Part shown: positions 28,520 through 41,440 of the stretch, in pieces
How positions within the stretch are numbered: the first letter of the stretch is position 1
How the letters are laid out: each line of letters starts with the position of its first letter
Source of the DNA: the human T2T-CHM13v2.0 reference genome, Homo sapiens
Assembly: GCF_009914755.1 (NCBI RefSeq)
Contig: NC_060932.1
DNA: 64,000 nucleotides
Direction: 5' to 3' (one strand)
Notes under the pieces: generated by a model
What the model was told of the DNA's origin: nothing
The model's database searches: none
The model's input: the letters and a program-made list of their open reading frames with translations, nothing else
Position numbers and translations under genes: made by a program

Positions 28520-31500
28520 TAGTTGGTATATGGTGTTGTTCACATCCTCTACGTCCTCATTGACTTTCTGTCTAGTGGTTCTATCCATTACAGAAAGTGA
28601 AGTATTGTAGGCTCCAACTATAATTGTTGATTTGTCTACCTTTTATTCTGTCAGTTTGGTTTTATGCGTTTTGGTTATCTGTTCTTAGGCGCTTATATGT
28701 TTATAATTATTATATCTTCTAGATTGATTGAAACTTTATCACTACATAATGTCTTTCTTTGTCACTCCATGATTTTTATTTTAATGTCTATTTTGTCTGA
28801 TAATACAGTTACTTCAGTTCTCTTTTGAGTACTGTTTGCAATTAATTTTTTTATATTTTTGCTTTAACCCTATTTGTATAATTGAATTTAAAGTGAGTCT
28901 CTTATAGACTGTGTATAGTTGGATTATGTTTTGTTTTTAATCTATTCTGCTAAATTTAAATTAGAGTTTAATTTATTTATAATTAATGTAATTACTGATA
29001 AGGTAGAAATTAGTCCTGCAATATTACTATTTATTTTCTATATGTGTTATGTCTTATTTGTTCTTTAATTCCTCCATTGCTGACTTTTTAAATTAAATAG
29101 ATATTTTCTCATGGATCATATTAATTATACATTTTTCTATATTACCTTAGATACTTTCTTGGTAGTTACTATGGAGATAAAAATTAAAATTTTAAATATA
29201 ATAATCTAATTAGATTAATACAAACAAGTTTAATAGCATACAAAAATGTTGTTCTTATATATTTTTTCCTAAATTTTATGCAGCCATTTTCATAGATTGC
29301 ATTTTTATACATAGTTTGCCCATCAGCCAAAATTAAGTATTATTGCTTTATGCAGTTGTCTTCTAAATTAGATTTTCAAAATACAAAGAAAAATGCATGT
29401 ATAATGTCTTTCTTTTACCTATATAGTTATCTTTCCAGTGTTCTTTTTTAAATGTGATTTGAGTTACTGTCTAGTGGTCTTTCTTTCCATCCCACAGGCT
29501 CTCTTTAGCATTTGTTGGAGAACAGACCTTACAGTAACAAACTCTTACATTTTATCTATTGATGTCTTTATTTCTTCTTCATTTTTGAAGGACACTTTTG
29601 TCCAATATAGAATTCTTTGGTTCCCATATATTTTTCTTTCAAAAATTAGAGTATGTCACCTCCCTGCTTTTTGGTTTCCAGAAGTTTCTGATGAAAAATT
29701 TGTTGTTCATCTTATTGAGAGCCTTTTGTACTATTGATTGCTTCTCTCTTGCTGCTTTCTTGATTCTTTGTTCTTGTTTTCAACAATTTAATAAGGATGT
29801 AATTCCATGTGACTCTTTTTAAGTTTTTTCCTACTTGGACTTTGTTCAGCTTCTTATATATGTAGATTGATGTTTTGTGTCTAATTTGATAAATTTTGAG
29901 TCGTTATTCTTTCAAATATCCTTTTTTCTCTTACTTTCTCTCATCCTTCTGGAACTTCAAATATGTGAATGTAATTGTGCTTCATGGTGTTCCAAAGCCT
30001 TTTAAGCACTCTTTATTTTTCTTTATTCTTGATTTTTTCTGTTCCTCACAATGAATTACCTCAAATGACCTATTCAAGTTCACTGATTCCTTTTTTCTGT
30101 TTGCTCAAATCTGCTGTTGAGCTCCTCTAGAGAATTTTCATATCAATTGTACTTGTCAACTTCAGAATTTTTATTTGGCTAATTTTACAAATTTCTATCC
30201 CTTTATTGATATTCTCTATTTGTTGCAATATCACTCTCATACTTTCTCTTAATTCTTGAGGTGTGGTTTCTGTTTCATTTAGCATATTTAAAATAACTGG
30301 TTTAAAATCTTTCTCTAGAAGTTCTAACATTTGGGCTTGTTCAAGCATAAGTTTTTGTAATTTATTTTTTCCTATGTATGAACCATCCTTTCTATCTTTT
30401 TTAATCCCTTGCAATTTGGGGTTGAAAATTGGAATTTGAATATTATAATTCGATAACACTGAAAATCATATTACTTCTCTTTCTCAGGATCTGTTATTGT
30501 TATTGCTTATTTCTGTTGTTGTTCATTTTGTTTAGTTACTTTTTTGAAATAATTCTGTTAAGTCTATATTCTTTGTTGTGTGTGGCCCCTGAATTTTCTG
30601 TTCCATTATTTTGGTGGTCAATGTCATATTGGAGAGAGGTTTTCTTAAATGCCTTGTACCATAAATCTTCCAGTCTTTCCATGAGGCTATGTTTGTTTGT
30701 TGTGGCATGCCTTCATCATTCACTGGGCAGTTTACAACTTTGCCTTATCTTTTACTTCCTGCTGCCAAAGACTGTCAATATCAGTAGGAGGTGAGAGTAG
30801 AGGGTCTTTTTAGATCTTTCCTAGCATGTGTATATCATTCTACATTCCTGGAATATGTTAGAGGTTTTCAAACCTCTTAAAGATATCTTATTCCCTAGAT
30901 GTTTCTTCTAAGTTTTTTGGTTAGTCTATTGTTATCTATAGCCCACACGCAGCAGCAACTGAGACAACAGCCTGTAAATGTTTTCTGCAAATACTCCCCA
31001 TCCAACCTAGGAAGCAACTTTGGCATTAAGCCAATTTCAAGTTAGGCAAAATTATGATAATCCGTTTGAGCCAGTCTATCAGGGAGCCACAAGCCAGGTA
31101 AAAACAAATAATTAATTATAATTCTTTATGAATAAGATCCATTCATCTCTGTATCCTACAGAGAATACTGGATTGTGGAACATGGGGCTAGGGTAAGTTA
31201 AAATGGCACAAAATGTACCGTTATTACCAAAAATTAGCCTTTTGTAATGAACAAGTGTTTCTTTGGGTGGCTGCAAGCCTTTGGTTCATTTCCAGAATTC
31301 AGAAAAGTTGATTCTGACAGTTTTCCAGTTTTTAATTGTCTTTGTGGAGGGGCAGAATTTGAAGTTCCTTATACTAACATTTTCACTAACATCAAGTCTT
31401 CATTTCTTGGCAGGGAAAATAGTTATAAATCAGGAGAAAAATATATAAGAATATATATTTACTAAAACACTTGTATATATGTTTAGAGCTATGCTACCGA

Positions 31501-32087
31501 CTGAAAGCACAATTTTCTCGTTCCTGTTTCTCTCAGGCAGCAGTGTCTAAGACCACAGCTGACCCTAACGGACCTCCACAAGTGATCTATATTTTTTAAC
31601 AATTTTCATTCTTATTTTAATTAAGGAATTTTATTATATTGTTGTAAAGGTCTAGCATAATTTCCTCCTTACACAATTAATACAAACTCGTTACAGATAT
31701 TCTGCAAGATAGACAAATTTGAAAAGAAATAAAAATAATTATACTGAATAATTGACTATTATTTCTAGTTAAGGACAATTCTGTGTATACTTCTTTTCAC
31801 ATGATTATGACATTCGTTAGATGGAAGTGTGCATATTGCTTATTTTCACTCAAGGAAGTGTTGGCCGGAGCATTTTCCTATGTTAATAATATCGCTTAAA
31901 TTCCAACTGGCATCTGTATACGATGTAGTATTACATAGCCATTAAAGTGCAGTCACCATAAAACAAATTATCTCATATATGATGGTTGTATAATAATTAA
32001 TCTGTAGATATAATATAAGCATTTAATCATTCAGATTTTATTGAATATTTAGAACATCGCCATCATTTTAATTATTAAAAGTATCAT

Positions 32088-32493
32088 TGTTGTGGGATAA
32101 ATAGTGTCCTCACAAAATTCACATGTTGAAACCCTAACCTCCAGTACCTCAGAATATGACCATATTTGAGAAAAGGACCTTTAAAGAAATGATTAAGTGA
32201 AAATGAGATCAATAGTGTGGACACTAATCTAATATGGCTGGTGTACCTCTCAGAAGAGAAAATCTGGAACTATGTAAAGACATCAATGACGTGTGGGCAT
32301 AGAAGAAAATCCATGACAGAACACAGAGGGGAGCCAGCCATCTATCAGCCAAGGAGACGGGTCAAGGATAAACCAAACCAACGAATACCTGGTCTTGGAC
32401 ATCTAGCCTCCAGAAAATGAGAAAATACATTTCTGTTGTTTAAGCTGCTGCTTCTGTGGTAGTTTGTTATAGAAGGCCTAGAAAATGAATACA
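32088..32493 (+). mobile_element. MLT1B solo LTR
   Basis: 'tgttgtgggataaatagtgtcc...aaaattcacatgttgaaaccctaacc'...'cctagaaaatgaataca'; TSD ATCAT/AGCAT. Confidence 0.85.
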
Positions 32494-33699
32494 AGCATTG
32501 TGATGTACATTTTGATAATTAGTAGCTCACTCATGATGCAGTGATGACACTTTTTGGAACAAAACTACTAAAAATGGCGGCACTTGCTAAAAAGCTCAGA
32601 ATGTATTTTCATTAAATATATTTCCCATGATACAATGCTTGATAACAATTGCTTCACACAGTCCTTCCTGAAGCCCTATGAGTAAAGCAGAATATCTAAT
32701 GATTAATTGTGAAAATTATCTATACTGCTGAGCTTTTCCAATATCTGTGTTTACTACCTTTTAAATGCCCAGTGGATAATATTTTACTTCCAAAGATATG
32801 AGAAGTGCTTTTGCTAATCGTGTTTGGGTAGGGCAAAATGGACCATTATCTTTTTTTGGCAAGTCACTCCAACATAAAGACCAAAAATCCCCCTGTTGCA
32901 AGACAAAAGAAAATTACTTTTTTACTTATTTCTTTTTGTTCCCCTAGGGTATTAAACATGTTCTGATGTATTTGACCAGTAAAAAGTCAATAGAATAGAC
33001 CCAACAGCAGATGGCATCTGGGTTAGAAAGACATCTTGCTGAAAAGAGAGTTCAGGTAATCAATTATTTGTGATGGAATTGTGGTGAGGAAGGAAAATAT
33101 TATAGCCCAAAGGTGATTCTTTCTGAAAGTTGTTATCCATATCATGTGTGCAGTTATGTCCATATACTTATACATGGTGCATATTTTGATATAAATTACC
33201 CCAATATAACTTTGCACCCTGCATGTCACAATGTCTCAATTTATATTATTAGAAACACTGGGTGCCAGGCACAGCGCTGGGTATTACACACACATTCTAT
33301 TCCATTCTCAAAATTTCTCTGTGATACTCTCATGTAAGAAATTAAACCAGAGTTCTCTCAGTCTACATAACTCCAAAAATCAGACCATTTTCCAAAATTC
33401 TATGCCGTTTCTTAATGAAAATGTGATGATGAATATAAGCCAAGGTGCACATTGCCAACACTATTTGTAATGATAAAACAGTAATTAGAAAAAGAAAAAC
33501 TATGTCTATGAAATACATTTATAATACCCATTTATTCGCACATAATGCAGCTCTAGAGAAAGAGATCTATGTGTGTTTTTATGGAAAGGTATATTGCTTT
33601 ATTTTAAGTTAAACAAGCTGTAAATTAATACATAAAATTGTACTAGTACAAAATTATATACATACACACAAAATACATGTATTTACTCATTTTTCTATG

Positions 33700-33703
<4 letters not shown>

Positions 33704-33740
<37 letters not shown>
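33704..33740. repeat. (TA)n microsatellite
   Basis: Pure TA run of ~18 units. Confidence 0.95.
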
Positions 33741-33741
<1 letters not shown>

Positions 33742-33751
33742 GTATGCATAC

Positions 33752-33890
33752 ACATTTCTCAAACTTTAGTGTGCTTAAGAATTACCTGTAACCTGGAGAA
33801 TAAAACTCTAAAGTAGAATCTAAAAATTTGCACTTCTAAGAATTCCCCAGGTGATGTTAATATTGCTGGTGTTCAGACATTGCAGTAGAA
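33752..33890. mobile_element. MER5A (hAT-Charlie) remnant
   Basis: 'tttctcaaactttagtgtgc...agaattacctg...aatttgcacttctaa...ccccaggtgatgtt...tgctggt'. Confidence 0.7.
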
Positions 33891-34189
33891 TTGTTATATA
33901 AAATGTAGTATGTATGCATGAATCAGATTCAAGCACATATATCTATACACATATACATATATGTGCATGTATGTATAATTATATGAAAGTTTGAATAGTA
34001 ATTAAAAAGTGTAGAAACATACATATGAAACTCAAAGTCATGCTTAATACAGGAGAATAGAAATGTGTCTATAAAGGGAACAAGAAAATCCCTTTTCAAC
34101 TTAATATACACTGTATCTATGTATTTTACATATTTATTAATAACTAATTAAATTAAAGCAATATATTTCTGTTGTACTCTTTAACAACA

Positions 34190-35252
34190 TATTAAAGACA
34201 TGCAAATTAAAACAATGAGATATCACCTCACACCTGTTAGAATGGATATTTTCAAAAGGGTGAAAGATAACAAATGCCGTGGAGATAAGATGTGAAGAAA
34301 AGGGAACACTTGTACATCATTAGTAGGAGTAAACATTGCCACAGTCATTATAGAAAACAGTATTGTTAAGTATAGTCTCTCAAAACCTTAAAAATAGAGC
34401 TACATTATAATCCAGTAATCACACTTCTAGGTATATATCCAAAGCAAATGAAATTGGCATAGCAGAGATACCTGCACTCTCATGTTCGTGGCAGCACTAT
34501 TCACAATAGTCAAGATATGAAAGTAATCTAAATGTCCATTGGAAGATGAATGGATAAAGAAAATGTGGCATATATATGTATCTATATATATCTATATTTT
34601 ATATATATATTATATCTATATAATATATATTATATATAATATATATCTATATTATACATATCTATATTATATATCTACATATATCTATATTATATATCTA
34701 TATATATCTATATTATATATATATGTATGTATATATGCAATGGATTACCATTCAGTCTTATAAAAGAAAAAAAGTCCTGCCATTTGAAACAATATGGATG
34801 AATCTGGAGGACATCATGCTATGTAACATAAGCCAGGAACAGAAAGACAAATACTGTGCAATCCCACTTATATGTAGAATATAAAAATGTCAGACTCATA
34901 GAAACAGACAGTAGAATGATGGTTTCCACAGGCTGGATGGAGGAGGATATGGGGAGATGTTAACCGAGGGGTCCAAAGTTTAAGTCATGCAAGATAAATA
35001 AATTCTGGAAATTCAATGTACAACATGGTGACTATACTTAGCAATACTGTACTGTGTAATTAAAATTTTCTTACAAGTTAGACTTCAAGGGTTCTAACCA
35101 AAAAAAAAAAAAAAAGCTTACTATGTGAGGTGATAGATATGTTAATTAGCTCTATTGTTAATATTATATATATATATACACACACAATATGTCAAGTTGT
35201 ACATCTTACATGTAAATTTTTATTGTCAATTATACCACAATAAAGTGGGGGA
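34190..35252 (+). mobile_element. L1MA/L1MB 3' portion with an internal AT-rich expansion (34570-34740)
   Basis: ORF2 C-terminal DNA 'atgcaaattaaaacaatgagatatcacctcacacctgttagaatgg', 'gatgaatggataaagaaaatgtggca'; 3' UTR ending 'attataccacaataaagtggggga'. Confidence 0.88.
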
Positions 35253-35759
35253 ATAATCCTCTAATTTATTTCCACAAGCCCCTAATTATCTTATTTTCTG
35301 GGAGTATTTTTTATTTCACCTCAGCCTTCCACCAGAATCTGGGGACATCTTTCTTTTGAAGAGTACATTGCCTCCCTTTGTCAGCTTGATAGCCACAATA
35401 TCTCAAAACCGATTTTTGTTAACAATAGCCATATGACATAGCAACCCAGAGCTCCACAAATCTCTCAGTTTAACAGTGTTCTAAAACATGTATTTCCATT
35501 TTTTGTACACAAATAAGCTTTTCGTATCCATCTGTGACTGAGTGACATGATGTGCTGTAGATGTTGTCAACTCACCCTTCTCTGCTAGCTAGTATTCACA
35601 CATATAAGCAGTAAATATTCAGTATGTATTACTTAAATGGTAGATGGATGAATGAATGAATGGTTATGATCTCTATTTGTTGAGAAGCTGATAAAAACTC
35701 ACAATTTACTTGCTATGAACTGAAGTGTAATAGAAGCATCAGCATTTTAAAAAACATTA

Positions 35760-37190
35760 TCAGTAACTAAAATCTATGCTTTTTCCAGATTTTCTCAGTA
35801 TTCGCTTATATGTTTCTTTTTTATTACCCCATCCAGATACCACATTACATGTAGGTGTCATGCTGCTTTAGACTCCTTCTGACTGTGGCCACTTATAAGA
35901 CTTTCTTTGTTTTTGATGAACTTGACAGTTTTGAGGAGTATTAATAAGGCATTTTGTAGGATGCCTCTCCTTTGGGATTTGTCTGTTGTGTTACCCTGCT
36001 TGCACTGGAAGATCACAAAGGTAAAGCATGATTCTCATCTCAGCATGTCAAGGGGACATACTCCCATGTGGTTTGTTGGTCTTTATGTTCACCGTGATCA
36101 CCTGGTTCAGGTAGTGTTTGTCAGGCATCTTCCATGCAAAGTTATTCTTTCTTTTTCTCCTTTTCATACTGTAATATTTGGAAAGAAGTCACTCTCTACC
36201 ACAGCTTAATGAATGAAAAGTTATGCTCCACATCCTTGAGGGCAAGGAGTATCTACTTACATTACTTGGAATCCTTTTGCATGGGAGATTTGTCCCTTCT
36301 GTCTGTATTTTGCTAAACATTAGTTTCTACCGGTGCCTCCAACTCATATCCAGTAGCACAGGGATCATTTCAGCCTCCTCGTGTTGCTTGTCTGTAACCA
36401 CCCGCACCAACAGTGACAGCGTGATCTCACCTCTTGACATTCACTTACCTAATTGTTCAATTGAAGTAAACTTGTATCGCAGTTTCAAAATTGTAAACCC
36501 TCACCCTCCCCCGAGAGGGAATCAACTTTATTAACTAGAGTACAATACTTATATACAGTTCCTTTTACATTTAATCTTTCAGACTCCACTCTTTTACAAA
36601 ATTAATTAGACCTTTTCTCCTCTCCACTTCAGTGATTCCATATGTTTATAATAACAGATTATTTTACTACAGTATGGGTTCATCCTTCCATCCTCAGACT
36701 TCCTGAAAAAATTTCATACATCAAAGTATGCCTTAAATGTTATAGTAAGTTCTGCATACTTCTAAGGGTTTTGACAATTGCATGGTGTCATATATCCTCC
36801 ATTACATTATCATACAGAATAGCTTCAGTGCCCTTAAAAGTCTCCTGGGCTCTAGCTATTCTACTCTTTCCACAAACACTTGGCAAACAGCATTCTCTTT
36901 ACTATCTATAGTTTTCCACTTAATGTCAGATAAATGAAATCATGCAGTATGTAACCTCTTTAGATAGGGTTCTTTCACTTAAACTGTGCATTTCAGACTA
37001 GATTAGTCCATATTTTCGCATGACTTGATAGCTCATTACTTTTATTGCTGAAAAGTAATCAATTGCATATAAACGTATGACATTTTGTTTACATAGGCAT
37101 CTATTGAAAGTCATATTGGTGACATCCACTTTTGAAAAACTATTTTTAAAAGTTATGAATCTTTACATACAGGTATTTGTATGAATATAT
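35760..37190 (-). mobile_element. L1MC-type (L1MC3-like) 3' region
   Basis: 'cccatccagataccacattaca...gtcatg...ttagactcc' and 'ccttgacagttttgaggagta'-like text, plus 'aatgaaatcatgcagtatgtaacc...ttctttcactta'. Confidence 0.75.
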
Positions 37191-39424
37191 AGGGCTCCTA
37201 GGTGATAAAGACAGCCTGGAAAGGGGTGAGTGAGGAGGAATTTTCTTCCCCTAGCTTGGATAATATTTTGGCAAATTCCTTTCTCCTGAAGAGTAGGCTT
37301 TGTTATAGACATGACTCTGAATATATTTAATAATGATGGTTTCCTCTAGTCCACAAAGGTATCTTTGTTAGATCCTCCCATGGAAGTGTGGAGCATCCCC
37401 TAATACTGTGTCTTCAAGGAAATTCTCCCTCTGGTAAGCAGATCTTGGCTGTAACTCCCTGGATTCACCTGTGGCTCCACCATTTGGGGGTCATGATTTG
37501 CCTGGTGACCTCAGTTTTCTGATGAACCAAGAAATTAATTAGTTTACTGATTTTTCAGCTTTTTATTATGAGAAAAAAGGAGGAATGACTTCCAAGTTCC
37601 TTTCATATCAGGGCTGACTCATATTTATCATATATTTTTCAATAATAACTTTCAGATAGTAAGACTCTGAGATACTGAGTTTTCAGTTTTTTCTCTTTTT
37701 TTCTAAGAATTTGCCTATAATTTACCTAACCCAGGAACCTGACTTTTAATCATTGTACCATATTAATATTACCCAAATTGCATTTGTTTCCAATTTATTT
37801 TTAATAGCACTTCTGCATACCATCTAATATTATTATAATTAAACCACAATTTACTATAATGTAATAATTTATATAATTCACCAAAATACTGACAATGTAT
37901 ATCACTGGATGATAACAATATATATGTGTATGTGACAATATAAATATATATTTTAGTTATATACATATATTGGCATTTTTGGATTTACAAATAAATACAT
38001 ATTTACTATAACACTTATATATTCACTACTAAGATGGTTCAGATACTTCTCTTGCCTCTCAAGCCTAGCAATCTGTCTTATCAAGTGATTCTAAGACTTT
38101 AGTAGAAGAACTGCTGGGATGGCAGGGTAAGCAGACTTTTGGGGACTTACCCTTGAGTTTCTGATTCAGTTCTTGAGAATTTCTAGCAAGTTTTCAGTTG
38201 ATGTTGATGCTAACTTTCAGGAAACCAAAATTGGGGAATCATTTAAATATGTTAAAGTTCTAGCACCAGTATTTATTACTTACTGAAAGCTCCCTACCTC
38301 GTTGCAATAGATAGCTTAGCCTAAGAGTCACAGGAAAAAAAAATTCTCAAACCCAAGTCCCCACAGTGATAACCAATATGAGCTAATTAGCTTTTTTATG
38401 TTGGATGTAGCCACCCCTTTATATAGCTTGCAATGTGTTTTGGGAAAGCGAACACTATAAACAGTAAAATCAATGATATTGACTCAGAATTTCATTATCA
38501 AAGCATTTGGCTTGTTATCATTATAGGGGACAAAAGGGTAATCCTTATAACTGAAGTGCTATGACAGCATTGTTACCTGTTGAGTACACACAGGGCCATT
38601 ATCTGTTCTAGGACTGAGGGACCACTATTGAATCTAGTCAGAACACAACAAAGTAAACTGTAAATTTGTATATGAGTAAATTTATTCATTCAATATGTTT
38701 CTCCAACATGGCTGCCAGACCATAAATTAAAATTAACCTCTATGACTCATTTTGGTGGCAGTGTATCAAATTTCTTCAAAACCAGCCAAGATTATTAAAT
38801 GTTATTGTGAAACAACAAGCTCTCAAAACATGAACTGTCAGAATGTAGGCCTTTTGTTCACTAATTATTCATGTAGCAATTGTTTACTAATTTATTGATA
38901 TGTGCTAAGGAATAAAAATACTAACCCTGCCCTGGATTTCCCCGAAGTGTGAAATAATCATGGTGCTCTGGGATTGATGCTGATATGAACAAATATGAAC
39001 AACTGGAATCCATTTTATGTTTGGGAATATTTATCTTTCTTTAAAAATCTATTTAAATTCCATTTTGATTTGTTAAATTAACACATTTGGAAAACAATTT
39101 TAATTTTATATTTCTGTGATAAACATATTTTTGAAAATGCTTCTGAGATGATATAGGGTGGTGGCAAGAGAAGTGTAGCTACCAATTCTAAAAGGTCGAG
39201 GTTTAAAGATGCTGGCATACACAGATGATGCTATAACTCACTTTTGAAAGGAAATGATATCATAATGTTTCTTGGTGAGGCTTGCATCATTTATTTGCTG
39301 GTTAGTTACTATTATATGATTATTCATGAGCTGTTGCATTATTGAATATACTATTGTTAATATCTTGTCTCTGAAATTTTAGAAAGTACTATATTATATA
39401 ATATTCAATAGTCTTATAAATTGC

Positions 39425-39430
<6 letters not shown>

Positions 39431-39462
<32 letters not shown>
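39431..39462. repeat. (TA)n microsatellite
   Basis: Pure TA run of ~16 units. Confidence 0.95.
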
Positions 39463-39466
<4 letters not shown>

Positions 39467-39512
39467 TGTACAAAGTTAAAATTAATCAAGTGATAGAAAA
39501 TTACTTAGCATC

Positions 39513-40257
39513 TGTTATGGGTTGAGTGGTGTCTCATCCTAACTGCCCACTTCAGGATTTGATTTTATTTGGAAATTGGGTCATTGCAGATGTAAATTAT
39601 TTAAAGTGAGGTGGTACTGGAGAAGAATAGACCTTACTTGTAGTATGACCGCTGTCTTTCTCAAAGGGGGACACTTGGACACAAGACACTTGAAATCCAT
39701 GTGGAGATAAAGGCAGAGATTATGGTGAAGATTTTACAAGCTAAGGAATGTGAATACTTTCCAGCAAATCACTAGCAGCTAGGAGAGATGCTTCCTTGTA
39801 GCCCTCAGAAGGAACCAACCCTGCCAACACCTTGATCTCAGCCTCTAGAGCTGTCAGACAATACATTTCTATTATTTATTTATCTACTTATTTATTTAAT
39901 TTTTTTTTTTGAGACAGGATCTTGCTCTGTTGCCCAACCTGGGGTTCAGTGGCACGATCGCCAATTGCTGCAACCTCTGCCTCCTATATTCAAGCGATTC
40001 TTGTGCCTCAGCCTTTCAAGTAGCTAGGACTACAGGCGCATGCCACTATACCGAGCTAATTTTTGTATTTTTTAGTAAAGATGGGGTTTCACTATGTCGT
40101 CCAGGCTGGTCTCAAACTCCTGGCCTCAAGTGATGCACCTACCTCAGTCCCGCAAGGTGCTGGGATTACAGGCGAGAGCCACCGTGCCCGGCCAATTTAT
40201 GTTATTTAAGACACTTGATATCCTGTATTTTGTTAAGACAAACGGAGAAAACAACAG
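39513..40257 (+). mobile_element. MLT1C LTR split by an Alu
   Basis: 'tgttatgggttgagtggtgtc', 'tttggaaattgggtcattgcagatgtaa', 'gccctcagaaggaaccaaccctgccaacaccttgatctc'; the 3' end resumes after 40193. Confidence 0.85.
39875..40193 (-). mobile_element. Alu (AluSz/Jb-like)
   Basis: Reverse-complement full Alu ending 'gagccaccgtgcccggcc'. Confidence 0.95.
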
Positions 40258-40869
40258 CCAATCACCAGCAGCTAGGGAAGAGGCCTGGGAGAGATTATTA
40301 TTAAATTGCATCGTTTTATTATTTTATGTCATGTATAGATAAAAATATAAGTATATACATTTGGTCCTTTTGAACGTCAGATTTGGTCTAACTATTCTGG
40401 TAGCCTTGTAAAATGAGGTGAGAAACTTTCATTTTCTCTCTTCTGCACTAATATTTTATTTTTAACCCGAATATTTTATTTTTCTTGAAGATTTGGAATA
40501 ATTTTCTAGTAAAAATTTCTAAGGTGCTTTCCATTTTTTGTTTTTTTAATCAATCTCTAGATTTTCTGCCTATTGCCAAATCAATACCGACAATTTATGT
40601 TTGAAACACATCTTTTACATTTATTCTAGATTAAATTTGCATAGGGTTCTTATATATTTATTTAAACTTCTCAATATTTCTAGTCATTTATGTTCCTCAC
40701 CGTCAATGTTTTATTAGAATGTCTCTTTCTAGAACACGATTTAAAATTTTTAATTATTTACTTATGCTCATTTTCTCTCACACTTTATGTTTTTCCCTCC
40801 TCCATCCTACCTATATAATACTTCTGCTAAATACTGTAATGTAGCACCTAACCAGTTCAATAAGCAAAA

Positions 40870-41440
40870 ATAAGAAACTAAATGATTAAGTTTTGAAACC
40901 AAAGACAAAAATCTCCTATTTTTAACATATGAGATGCTTATGTGTGTGAAAAATAGAAATAAATTTAAAAATATGATACTAGAAATAAAAACATCCCTTA
41001 AATTTGTCAAGGTCAAAATATAAATTTTAACAATAAAAATCAATTGCATAATGATTGTAACAAACAATTGGAAAACTAAACTTACAGTATCACTTACAAT
41101 AGCATTATAAAACATCGAATTCCTAGGAATAAACTTAACAAACATTTGCAATATATATACCATGAAAACTACAAGTAATGCTGAGAGAAATTAAGAAAGA
41201 CCTAAATAAAAGAATAGACATATCGTTGTGAAAGACTTAATATTTTTAAGATGTTGATTCTCCCAAAATGGATTTATAAAGTCAATGCAACCCTAATCAA
41301 ATGCTATCTGTCTTTTTTTAAGTTTTGAGCTGATTAGAATATATATGTATAAATACAAAATACCTAGATAGTCAAAAACATATTCAAAAAGAAGCAATTT
41401 AGACGATTCATACTATCAGATTTAAAGACTTTCTTCAGAC
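40870..41440 (+). mobile_element. Old L1M ORF2 fragment
   Basis: 'cttacaatagca...cctaggaataaacttaacaa...gaaaactacaa...gctgagagaaattaagaaagacctaaataaa...aagacttaatatt...aagatg' is degraded ORF2. Confidence 0.75.

Larger units (their letters stand above)
27420..31400 (-). mobile_element. Old L1M element (part of ORF2, ORF1 and 5' region), interrupted by an Alu and MADE1
   Basis: Degenerate RT-region translation (NLLELINKLSKVVEYRINI, 27474-27683), endonuclease-region DNA at 28521-28930, and an ORF1-like translation (QMLELLEKDFKPVILNML...IENINKGIE, 30127-30459). Confidence 0.8.

Noticed and set aside
30127-30459. 110-aa coiled-coil-like ORF
   Set aside because: Remnant of ORF1 from the old L1M element, with the surrounding frame destroyed.
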